50,029 nt of DNA. Origin: a virus. Its lineage: Duplodnaviria > Caudoviricetes. The position numbers and the translations under genes are program-made. The DNA lies in IMG/VR virus record IMGVR_UViG_3300016471_000329, positions 1 to 50,029 of that record; one strand, written 5' to 3'. The notes beneath the pieces were generated by a model, which did no database searches, had not been told where the DNA came from, and was given only the letters and a program-made list of their open reading frames with translations. How positions within the stretch are numbered: position 1 is the first letter of the stretch; each line of letters starts with the position of its first letter. Shown here piece by piece: positions 29,331 through 37,427 of the stretch.

Positions 29331-29524
29331 GTTCGTTTCTCCAATAGTAGTTTTTTGATATGCCCGGGGACCTTGGGCAGTGGTGCCCAAGCCTTGGCCC
29401 AATCGCCCCAAGTCCCGATTACGCAGGTGCCTCCTGGGTTCAATAGCAACAGCTTCACCCCCAGCGGTGGCGCTTGTTCCTGAGCCGTGCGCCATGAAGC
29501 TTCACCCGCGAGGTAGTCTTTCAT
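29327..29524 (-). CDS. hypothetical protein (DUF551-like)
   Basis: PPLGVKLLLLNPGG.CVIG.W...AWAPLPK. Confidence 0.6.
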   Translation of the reverse strand: MKDYLAGEASWRTAQEQAPPLGVKLLLLNPGGTCVIGTWGDWAKAWAPLPKVPGHIKKLLLEKRT

Positions 29525-29733
29525 ATCCTTGCTCGTATGACGTTGATTGCGTACGCGTAGTAATTGTGTGATTCGTTTCGCTCTTGCAATCGCTCAAGCA
29601 TGTCAATGATCTGCTTTTCTTTCTCAGCGGCGACAAGGGCAGCGAAACGTGTTACAGAACCTAATGGCTTTTCGTCAGATCCGTAAGCCAATCCAGCCTC
29701 CCGCGCCATGCGGATTATTTGTTCTCGGTTCAT
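29521..29733 (-). CDS. small accessory protein, M.REDIIRMAREAG family
   Basis: MNREQIIRMAREAGL...RFAALVAA. Confidence 0.65.
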   Translation of the reverse strand: MNREQIIRMAREAGLAYGSDEKPLGSVTRFAALVAAEKEKQIIDMLERLQERNESHNYYAYAINVIRARI

Positions 29734-30080
29734 GTATTTCCCCTTGCTCGGATTGCTTGCGCGGCCACCTTTGTAATGTTTGACGCATATTCAGGATGTA
29801 CAGCAAGCACATCACACACCTTCGCACACGCAGAACGCTCGTTTCTTATGCGCTCTTCAATCTGCCATTCAAGTTCTTCCAACAATTTTTCTATGCTGTC
29901 GCCATGACCGGTTGCGTAGCCGCGCTCGATCATCCAAGCGGCCAACTTCTCACGCTCGGCAACAGCAACAAGCTTGGCGAAGCGTTCAATGTCCACTAAG
30001 TTGCAAGTAAAGTCGTCACTCATGTCGTGTGGATCAAATCCCGCCTCTCGCGCCATTCGGATGATGTCTTCTCTATCCAT
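29730..30080 (-). CDS. small accessory protein, M.REDIIRMAREAG family
   Basis: MDREDIIRMAREAGF...ERFAKLVA.AERE...ERSACAKVC...AIRARG. Confidence 0.65.
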   Translation of the reverse strand: MDREDIIRMAREAGFDPHDMSDDFTCNLVDIERFAKLVAVAEREKLAAWMIERGYATGHGDSIEKLLEELEWQIEERIRNERSACAKVCDVLAVHPEYASNITKVAAQAIRARGNT

Positions 30081-30390
30081 GGTTCTTCTCCTTTAACTTG
30101 GCTTCAATAGCTTCCGCAAAATCCTCCACGTTCTGATGTGCATAGCAAATGTGAAACTCCACAGCACTGCCACTCTTTGCTTTGTTGCATTCCCAGATTT
30201 CATTTGCCGTCAGACCAACCCATTCATGTTCACGTTTTGCCTTTTCATCGACACGTTCTTGCGATGTGTCGTCGGCATCGACAAGTGCTTGGCGCAGGGC
30301 GGTGATGACTCCTTCTAGTTTTTGGTCGCAATACACGTCATCCGCAATCTCGTTCAACCTATCAAGTGCTTGGCGCAGTGCTTCCTTCAT
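30073..30390 (-). CDS. small accessory protein
   Basis: ALRQAL...EWVGLT..EI...FAEAIEAKLKEKN signature. Confidence 0.65.
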   Translation of the reverse strand: MKEALRQALDRLNEIADDVYCDQKLEGVITALRQALVDADDTSQERVDEKAKREHEWVGLTANEIWECNKAKSGSAVEFHICYAHQNVEDFAEAIEAKLKEKNHG

Positions 30391-30701
30391 GCCCGTGCTC
30401 CTATGCCAAAGGGATCATGCCAAGCCCTCGCTACCTTGGGTTCGCGCTTCTTGTAGGTGTTGTGCTCCTCTTTGACCGCGAAGTAATTAATGATGGTCTT
30501 TTTCCAAAGCACGGTACTTTGTTTGTACCCTTTGGACTTCACCACCAGATCATCCTCAGCCATTTCGGTCAATAGCTGATCCGCACGTTTGGCGGTGACG
30601 TTGAGCTTTTCTGCAATGTGTTCTGCTGTAACGGGATTCTTCAACCCTTTCAGGTAATCGAAGATCATCTGCTTTCGGCGCTCCTTTGGCATCTTCTTCA
30701 C
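30387..30701 (-). CDS. putative winged-HTH protein
   Basis: IFDYLK...VTAEHIAEKLNVTAKRADQLL.EM. Confidence 0.6.
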   Translation of the reverse strand: MKKMPKERRKQMIFDYLKGLKNPVTAEHIAEKLNVTAKRADQLLTEMAEDDLVVKSKGYKQSTVLWKKTIINYFAVKEEHNTYKKREPKVARAWHDPFGIGARA

Positions 30702-30883
30702 GCCCTGTCTCCTGTATGGTGTTTCCAGCCATCGTTGCCCTGCATCCGCTGCTCATAGACCTCCATAAGCAGTTCCGCAGCCTCCTTGATCTTGAACTTC
30801 TCTGCCGTGCAGTAATCCGGCAGGCCCTCAGCATAGCCCTCGAGCCATGCTGCAAGCATCCCGAACTTGTAAGCGGGACTCAT
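30698..30883 (-). CDS. hypothetical protein
   Basis: start MSPAYK right after upstream stop. Confidence 0.55.
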   Translation of the reverse strand: MSPAYKFGMLAAWLEGYAEGLPDYCTAEKFKIKEAAELLMEVYEQRMQGNDGWKHHTGDRA

Positions 30884-30885
30884 GA

Positions 30886-31173
30886 CTAGGGCCTCAACCA
30901 CTGTTGCCAGTTCTTCGTCCACTCCCGAGGCCACAAGGGTTGCTCTTCAACCTTAGCTCCCATGGCAAAGAGCTCTGAGGCAGAAAGCCGCTTGCTCACG
31001 TCCTCTTGGTACTCCTCCATCTTCTTCATGGCGTTGTAGGTCGTTACAAAAGCTCCTGGCTGCACCCAACAGGGCTTGCTGTAATGGGGCAGGTAAGTCA
31101 TACCATTCAAGACGAACACAGGCTCTGGAGCCGTGATCGCCATGACTTTGGTCTGTGTCGGATAAATAGTCAC
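30886..31173 (-). CDS. hypothetical protein
   Basis: coupled ORF; TYLPHY..PCWVQPG. Confidence 0.55.
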   Translation of the reverse strand: MTIYPTQTKVMAITAPEPVFVLNGMTYLPHYSKPCWVQPGAFVTTYNAMKKMEEYQEDVSKRLSASELFAMGAKVEEQPLWPREWTKNWQQWLRP

Positions 31174-31415
31174 AATGATCGTCCTCTAATTAAGTCTGAA
31201 ACACCCCGTGATGCCACGGGATCTGCAATCTGTGCGCAAATCTCACGTTCCTCTTCCACCATGTCCCTGACAAGCTTGGCAAGCGCTCGGTCGTCCACCT
31301 CGTAGACGACCCATTGCTTGTTGATCTTGCGCATCTCCTTGAACCCGTGGTCCTTGGCCCGTGAGCGAAGCTCCAGGATCAGTTCACGGTTCTCAAATGA
31401 CGCCATGCCCTTCAT
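31170..31415 (-). CDS. small accessory protein
   Basis: C-terminus LAKLV...EEEREICAQIAD...IRGRS related to 29730..30080. Confidence 0.6.
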   Translation of the reverse strand: MKGMASFENRELILELRSRAKDHGFKEMRKINKQWVVYEVDDRALAKLVRDMVEEEREICAQIADPVASRGVSDLIRGRSL

Positions 31416-31591
31416 GGCTCTGTACCTCCCAAACCTGATTGGCGCATCAGGAAGGACGGCTGCGCAAGATGCTCGGCATCATCCGCATCCAGGATCTCGA
31501 TAAGACGCGTGAGGTGGCGTACAAGCCGCCACTCGTGATGATCAAGCGCCACCTTGATGACGTGAACAATGGCTTCGTGATCTTTAGTCAT
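31412..31591 (-). CDS. 59-aa hypothetical protein (not in ORF track)
   Basis: MTKDHEAIVHVIKVALDHHEWRLVRHL...; ATGA overlaps at both ends. Confidence 0.6.
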   Translation of the reverse strand: MTKDHEAIVHVIKVALDHHEWRLVRHLTRLIEILDADDAEHLAQPSFLMRQSGLGGTEP

Positions 31592-32157
31592 AGCGTCCTG
31601 CCTTGCAGCCGCTCGGCCACGAGTGTTGAGTAGCCTGCGATATCAGCCCATGAGTCAACGTGATCGGCATTGCCGTTGATGATGCGAGCGATCTTATGAA
31701 AGATCATGTCAAGAGCTTCTGATTGATCGTCAGCAAGGCGCTTGTTCCTTGAGCCAAGCTCCCTGTAGAGCACGCTCTTAAACTCCTGCGCTGTCTTAGC
31801 AAGCGAGACAAAGGTGCCGTATTGCAGCGCACGTTCTTGTAAAAGCGTATTGACGCTTGGTGCCTGTACAGTCTTCTTGAACTCCAAGCCAAAGAGCGCA
31901 TTCAGTCCAGGTTCAAGTTCCTTAGCAAGTTGAGCGCGAGTGACCTTGGTCTTCTTAACCGCGTTTGTAGCTGCTTCGAGCGCGGACAATGGCACCGTGT
32001 AAACCTTGGTCTTGCGAGGACCGAGCTTGCGTCCTTTCAAGGGCGAAGGCTTTTTGCGAGGACCGAGCTTGCGTCCCTTAAGCGGTGAAACTTTTTTGGC
32101 AGGTGCCTCTGGTGCAACGTCCTGCTCAGTTTCTTTTTGTTTACGTTTCTTCCACAT
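31588..32157 (-). CDS. DUF6378-like protein with basic N-terminal repeats and an embedded copy of the capsid N-terminal peptide
   Basis: C-domain LLQER..QYG.F...ALDMI.HKIARI.NG...H.DSW.DIAGY; SPLKGRKLGPRK x2; TRAQLAKELEPGLNALFGLEFK; start MWKKRK after AGGAG SD. Confidence 0.75.
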   Translation of the reverse strand: MWKKRKQKETEQDVAPEAPAKKVSPLKGRKLGPRKKPSPLKGRKLGPRKTKVYTVPLSALEAATNAVKKTKVTRAQLAKELEPGLNALFGLEFKKTVQAPSVNTLLQERALQYGTFVSLAKTAQEFKSVLYRELGSRNKRLADDQSEALDMIFHKIARIINGNADHVDSWADIAGYSTLVAERLQGRTL

Positions 32158-32159
32158 GA

Positions 32160-32429
32160 TTACTCTCCTGTTGAAAATAGAGCTTTGTAAAAAGACCACT
32201 TGGCCTTGTAAAAAGGATCCTCACTCGGTGGGATCCAGGTCTCGCGTGGCTCACGCTTAATGTTGATTGCCAAGCCAACGCCGCGAAAACAGTACTCAAT
32301 CGCTTCGATAGGTTGGTTGTCGATGTCTACTGCGCCACGCAGATCAAAACGCGTAAGCGTCTTGGCAGCAGGCTGATTACGAAACCTTGCTAGGACATCT
32401 GAACCGGACTTCCATTGACGTTCTTCCAT
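32160..32429 (-). CDS. hypothetical protein
   Basis: AGGAG SD; DVLARFR...WIPPSEDP. Confidence 0.6.
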   Translation of the reverse strand: MEERQWKSGSDVLARFRNQPAAKTLTRFDLRGAVDIDNQPIEAIEYCFRGVGLAINIKREPRETWIPPSEDPFYKAKWSFYKALFSTGE

Positions 32430-32583
32430 CTTCTTTCTCCTGTATCAGTAAGGTGCTAACTCAACATCGCTGAGTTCATTTACTTTATCACGTCTTTTTT
32501 GTTTTTGTCGCCATTTGATGATTTTTTCTTGCTCTTCCTTAGTTCTGAACGGCCACTTCATTTGTTTAGGGCTAATGGGAAAG

Positions 32584-32817
32584 TCAGTCTCCGTGCTGTT
32601 TTCTGTATTCATTGTATTCCCTCAGTAGTTTGTCATGCATCTCATGCAGCTTGTGTAACTTCTCATCAGCCTCGGCCCAACGAAGCTTCCAGACCCTGGC
32701 AGCTTCAATGTGGTTAACGGCGTACATGATCGTGCGCGCATCTTCCATATCAGTCATTTGCTCGGCCATCAGCCGAAGTCGGTCGGTCAGGTGTTGCATG
32801 GGTTTCTCCTTGGTCAA
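32584..32817 (-). CDS. hypothetical coiled-coil protein
   Basis: ORF in operon; possible start at MQHLTD after AAGGAG. Confidence 0.55.
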   Translation of the reverse strand: MTKEKPMQHLTDRLRLMAEQMTDMEDARTIMYAVNHIEAARVWKLRWAEADEKLHKLHEMHDKLLREYNEYRKQHGD

Positions 32818-33182
32818 TCATCCATGAGTACACGGAGATACTCAATTGGTACTGGTACTGCGCTTCGCGTAGCTCCTGCTTCAACTGATCCATTCGGTTC
32901 TGGTAATAATTGATGTTGGCTCGAATCCCGCTTTTGGTCAGCTTTTTGTATTGTTCGATGGTGTTCAAAGGCTTCGTCCTCTAAAAGCATAAGATTAGAT
33001 TCTGTCAATGCGCCGAGAATGTTGACACGTCTTGGCCTGTCTTGGTGTTCAAGATCAAGCCATGCGGTTTTGATATCGATTTGCTCTGGCAATCCAGCTT
33101 CGGCTGGCAGGACTTCGTATTGAACAAATACGTTTAATTCATTCAACACGTTCGATAACGGGATTGTGAAAGCGTGCTTCAA
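32814..33182 (-). CDS. hypothetical protein
   Basis: AAGGAA/TTG start; coupled ORF. Confidence 0.5.
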   Translation of the reverse strand: MKHAFTIPLSNVLNELNVFVQYEVLPAEAGLPEQIDIKTAWLDLEHQDRPRRVNILGALTESNLMLLEDEAFEHHRTIQKADQKRDSSQHQLLPEPNGSVEAGATRSAVPVPIEYLRVLMDD

Positions 33183-33444
33183 ATTCTTTCTCCATTTCTT
33201 TAGCTTTCTCGGGGTCTACGCGAGAAAGTGTACGTAAAAACTCTGCGTAGATCAAGCGATGCGCAATCGTTGAACGAGAAACAATATGAAACTCACTTAA
33301 CTCTGTCAGCATTGCATACGCTTCCAACGGAAGCATCACCGTACACCATGGTTTCGTTTGTCTGCGCGAGGGCGAGACAACCTTTTTCTCACGCTTAAAC
33401 CATAAGCGTGGTCGCCCTTTCTTGGACTTCTTCTTAGTGGGCAT
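33139..33444 (-). CDS. putative ribbon-helix-helix/DNA-binding protein
   Basis: basic N-terminus (KKGRPR), then TVMLPLEAYAMLTELS...SRSTIAHRLI. Confidence 0.5.
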   Translation of the reverse strand: MPTKKKSKKGRPRLWFKREKKVVSPSRRQTKPWCTVMLPLEAYAMLTELSEFHIVSRSTIAHRLIYAEFLRTLSRVDPEKAKEMEKEFEARFHNPVIERVE

Positions 33445-33476
33445 AAAAAAGACCCGTGATCCTTGGACCACGGGCC
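33445..33476 (-). terminator. intrinsic terminator after DNA polymerase
   Basis: GGCCCGTG-GTCCAAGGAT-CACGGGTC-TTTTTT. Confidence 0.7.
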
Positions 33477-33555
33477 AACCACCAACAAACCGAAGAGGTA
33501 GCTATGGACACTACCAGCTTCATTATGCAGCCCATGGAGAACAATGTAAAGATGC

Positions 33556-35421
33556 TCATCCCATCGACGCTCCCCACGTCTCACCTATCTCAACGTCCAC
33601 TACTGACGGTACTTCAAGCTGCACAGCATTAGCCATGATATGTGCGGCTTCTTCAGCCTCCTCACGCTTGTTCACAGACAGCGCAAGCTCATCATGTACT
33701 GAAAGTAGTAGGTCAAATCCCGCCTTATGAAGCTCGACCATGGCCTTCTTTGTTTGATCGGCAGCCGAACCTTGGATCAGTCGATTTAATCCTTTATAAG
33801 TCATGGCCCGTTTAATTCTTGGCCCATATTTAATGGACGCTTCCTCAAAAGGCAACGCCTTATTAATGCCCCACTCAATAGGTTCCCAAAGCGGGAAGCG
33901 GCATTTGCGACCCAAGAGTGTACGGATCGCGCCTCCTGAACCACGGTGCTCGATCCGACGCGTCACGGCATCCACAGTGCTACGCAAGAAGGGCACTTTT
34001 TGGTGAAAGGTTTTGATGAGTTCACTGGCCTCATCCAGAGGCATATCAAGCTGTTGAGCCATCTTTGCTTTTCCGGCGCTGTACATGATGGCCAGGGTAC
34101 ATGTCTTCGCAACCTTCCGTGGCACGTTCGCTGCGTCGGCTACGATCTGATAGAAGTCCGTTCTCGGGTTCTCTCGATAAGCCTTCACGACTTCGTCAGT
34201 ACCAGAAAGACCTAGTAAATGTGCGTAATGAATCAAGATCCTTGGTTCTTGAGACGAGAAGTCGTTTGCGGCCCATTTTTGACCCTGTTCCGGAAGGAAA
34301 AGCCCCCTGACTAATGGACCAAGAACCTCGTGTCTTGCGCTGACCTGTTGAAGATTGGGGTTGGCCATGGATAGCCGCCCTGTGACTGTGCCGCCATCGT
34401 CTGATCGAATCTGGTTGATGTGCGGGTGAATGCGGCCATCGTGCGCAGAGAAGTCTAAGTAAGGCTGCAAGAACGTGCCGTGGGTCTTGTTCAGTTCGCG
34501 CGCTTCAACGATTTGCTTGCAGATCGGATGTTCGTGCGTATCAAGAAAACTCTTGGTAAAGCTTGGCAGTCCGTTCGCGGTCCTTGGATAATGAATCCCA
34601 AGCTTGTCAAACCCTATAGCGATGCTGGCTGCGGCCCAGATATCCACGGGCGACCCGCAGGCTTTGCGAATGGCTTTGACCAGTTGAGCCTCTTTGTCTT
34701 GCATCTCGCTCACAAGCTTGGTCGCCCGATCGCGATCAAAGCGAATGCCCCGCTTGGTAATGCCAACCAGCACAGGCAAAAGTTCAGTCTCTAGATCAAA
34801 GATCGATTCAACTTCTTCCTTGCGTAAGACCGTCTTGAAGTGCTGCCAGAGCTTGAGCGTGAGCGCAGCATCTTGCTCGGCGTACTCGCCCACAAACATG
34901 GCAGGCAAGCGCCAGAGTTCTTTCTTGGCATGAACACCAAAGTCTTGTGCGGCTTCTTTTAATCCTTGCTCAGACTTAACCTCTTTGAGGTAATCGAAAC
35001 CGAGGGCATTAAGGGCGTAGCTGAATCGGTTTTCATCGATGCAAGCAGCAGCGACCATGGTGTCAATGATTTGACCCCGCACATTAAATCCAGAGGCGAG
35101 AAGCCATCCAAGATCGTAGGCGGCGTTGTGCATGACCTTGGGACATGGAAGGTCAAGCACACGTCGAATGAATCGCTCAACAATCCCACGGTCAAGGTTA
35201 CCTCCACCCTCATGAGCAACTGGGTAGTAACCTCGCCATCCTTCAACAGCAATGGCGTAGCCGACAATGTAACCGTCATTTCTTGGCCATCCGGGGCCGA
35301 ACCGTTCCATGTTTCTGTCGCACGTTTCCAGATCAATTGCGATCTCCTTGGCGTCAGACAGATCAGGAAAAGAGGCGGGAGGAACCCACTCGGAGGTGGG
35401 CGGAAATAGTGGTAGCGTCAC
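33556..35421 (-). CDS. polA: family A DNA polymerase with 3'-5' exonuclease domain
   Basis: Exo I DLET, Exo II HNAAYDL, Exo III YAEQDA; TVTGRLSMANPNLQQ; motif A DFSSQEPR; motif B R...K...L...Y; IQGSAAD; motif C VHDEL. Confidence 0.95.
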   Translation of the reverse strand: MTLPLFPPTSEWVPPASFPDLSDAKEIAIDLETCDRNMERFGPGWPRNDGYIVGYAIAVEGWRGYYPVAHEGGGNLDRGIVERFIRRVLDLPCPKVMHNAAYDLGWLLASGFNVRGQIIDTMVAAACIDENRFSYALNALGFDYLKEVKSEQGLKEAAQDFGVHAKKELWRLPAMFVGEYAEQDAALTLKLWQHFKTVLRKEEVESIFDLETELLPVLVGITKRGIRFDRDRATKLVSEMQDKEAQLVKAIRKACGSPVDIWAAASIAIGFDKLGIHYPRTANGLPSFTKSFLDTHEHPICKQIVEARELNKTHGTFLQPYLDFSAHDGRIHPHINQIRSDDGGTVTGRLSMANPNLQQVSARHEVLGPLVRGLFLPEQGQKWAANDFSSQEPRILIHYAHLLGLSGTDEVVKAYRENPRTDFYQIVADAANVPRKVAKTCTLAIMYSAGKAKMAQQLDMPLDEASELIKTFHQKVPFLRSTVDAVTRRIEHRGSGGAIRTLLGRKCRFPLWEPIEWGINKALPFEEASIKYGPRIKRAMTYKGLNRLIQGSAADQTKKAMVELHKAGFDLLLSVHDELALSVNKREEAEEAAHIMANAVQLEVPSVVDVEIGETWGASMG

Positions 35422-36923
35422 AGTCGAAAGCCTTTCTGGTTGCTGCGTGGCATGACCAAGTGCAGGTTTTTACGAGTGCGCGTGATACCAACATAGAGCA
35501 ACCGATTGATGTCATCAGGATTGGTGTCATAACTTTTTGCAAACTTGGTAGACAGGTCTGTCAAAAGTAGAACATTATCAGCTTCTCCACCTTTTGCGCC
35601 ATGGATCGTGGATAATTTTATCTTAGGTGCTGCATTTAATTTCACACCGCGTCGAAGTAAAGCAATGATGTACTGACGCTGGGCAGCGCTAATCTTGGTC
35701 AGTACTTCATGCCAGATGCCATCGGTGAGCAAGCCCCACTTGTTATGCAGATCCTTGATCGAGTACATTCGATCTTCAGGCGCTTGAGCCATAGTCTTAT
35801 AGCCTTTAGCTATGAGCGCTGCATCAAGATAGCCATAAACTATCTTAACAACAGAAAGAGGTACCTCGCCGCCCTTGCGCAGCATCTCCCAGCCGTACAC
35901 CGCTGCGAGCACCTTCTCGCCAATGCTCCGTTGTCCATGGCGCTCGAAAAGCAAGCCTTGGCTCTTGAGCCACTCAGGCAATTCGTCCAGCATGTAGTTT
36001 GCAGCGGCCATCACGAGCCACTCGCCATCGGTCATGTTGACCTGAGAGAAATGGTTATAGGTTTGGATGTTGCCTTGCTCATCACGGGCAGACCACTCCT
36101 TGGGCTGTCGATGTTGGATGCGTTTAACCACGCGCTCAGCAAGCGCATGAACCTTGGCAGGAATCCGATAAGACTTATCTAAAACCTTAACTTCGCCAGG
36201 GAAGGTAAGGAACGAATCAACATCAGCGCCTGCCCAGTTGTAAATCGCTTGATCGTCATCACCCGCTAGGTAAACACGCGTGGAGCGTTTGGCAAGATCC
36301 TTGACCAACTGCCACTGAAGGCGCGATAGATCTTGCGATTCATCCACGATCAGTGCATCAAGGCGCGGTAAGCGATTGGATTCTTGCACGATCAACTCAA
36401 GCAGATCGGTAAAGTCCAGCAGACCGTTCTCGCCTTTGTACTGACGATAGGCGCGCTCGACGTACTCAAAGTGAAACCACTCGATGTCCAACGAGGATTG
36501 GTTGTAATGGGTCTTCAGATCAAGGCCCTTGATCCGTGCAAGGTTGATCTCGTTCAGAATGGCGTTGTCTGCTCGCGCTACGAACCCATCAGTGTCGTTT
36601 TCTGTAGCGATCTCCAAGCCACAGCTTCTGCCAAACTCTTTGTAGTTCTCATCTTGCATCATCTCGCTCTTGTTAATCCCAAGGCAGCGAAAGGCCAGCG
36701 AATGAAGCGTCCTGAACCACGGGAAGTCCGTAGCAGGGTTCAGGTGTGGGAACTTCACGATCGCCCGATCACGCGCCTCGTTGGCCGCTTTGCGCGTGAA
36801 GGCAAAGTAGCCAATCTTGGTTGACGGCGTCTCCCTGGCTAGCTCACCTTGGACGACGTTTAATAGATATGTTGTTTTCCCCGTGCCCAGCTACGGCGGG
36901 CCGAAGACTTTGAGCGTGCTCAT
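35418..36923 (-). CDS. UvrD/Rep-like superfamily 1 helicase with an in-frame TAG in Walker A (recoded or pseudogene)
   Basis: ATG 36923: MSTLKVFGPP*LGTGKTTYLL...AFTRKAA...RTLHS...VDESQD...GDDDQAIY...SYR...STIHGAKGGEAD...YVGITR; all SF1 motifs otherwise intact. Confidence 0.85.
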
Positions 36924-36933
36924 CTTCGGCCCT

Positions 36934-37326
36934 TTACTCCTTTTCAGCATGCAAGTGAATCCGAATATGTTCGGACCTGGAAAGAACTTGCAGGTTTGAT
37001 ATGTCGTTATTCCATTTGTCTCCATCAATGTGATGGACGACCTCGCTGTAATCCAGTTTTCGTCCTAAGACTTTCTCCATAATCACGCGGTGCATGTGGC
37101 GCTGATTAAGCTTGACGTAATTATCACGCTTGCCGGTAAACCTGACTAGGTCGTGATTTCTAAAGGATGAGCGTCTGGCCTGTTCAGAAGAACTAAAAAG
37201 TCTGGCGTTATGCCCGTTTATGAACCGAAGCGGTTCGCCTTTTTTCTGGCCTCTTTCCGATCGTGTCCTGATTGCTATCGGAGTAGGCAGCCCGCAGCCG
37301 CACTCGCAAAGCTTCACGCTTTCCAT
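36934..37326 (-). CDS. free-standing HNH homing endonuclease
   Basis: CECGCG N-terminus; HRVIME..LGR.L...EVVHHIDGDKWNNDISNL...H...H; start MESVKL after AAGGGA SD. Confidence 0.88.
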   Translation of the reverse strand: MESVKLCECGCGLPTPIAIRTRSERGQKKGEPLRFINGHNARLFSSSEQARRSSFRNHDLVRFTGKRDNYVKLNQRHMHRVIMEKVLGRKLDYSEVVHHIDGDKWNNDISNLQVLSRSEHIRIHLHAEKE

Positions 37327-37411
37327 GTTTTGTCCCTTCGCAAAACGCCCTTTAAGTGAGATTGGCCAGACGGTAAAGGGAACCGTTTTTCGCTCCGTCG
37401 AGCTAGGCCAA
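37327..37411 (-). promoter_or_regulatory. structured leader of HNH gene
   Basis: three-way junction 37362-37411 plus GTTTTG/CAAAAC hairpin (37327-37346) enclosing the SD. Confidence 0.5.
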
Positions 37412-37427
37412 AATGAATAATACACCA

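Noticed and set aside
36891-36893. TAG reassignment (alternative genetic code) to explain the helicase stop
   Set aside because: TAG terminates many genes followed immediately by the next gene (e.g. 6075, 7241, 17875), no suppressor tRNA is seen, and readthrough would misplace the first Gly of the P-loop.
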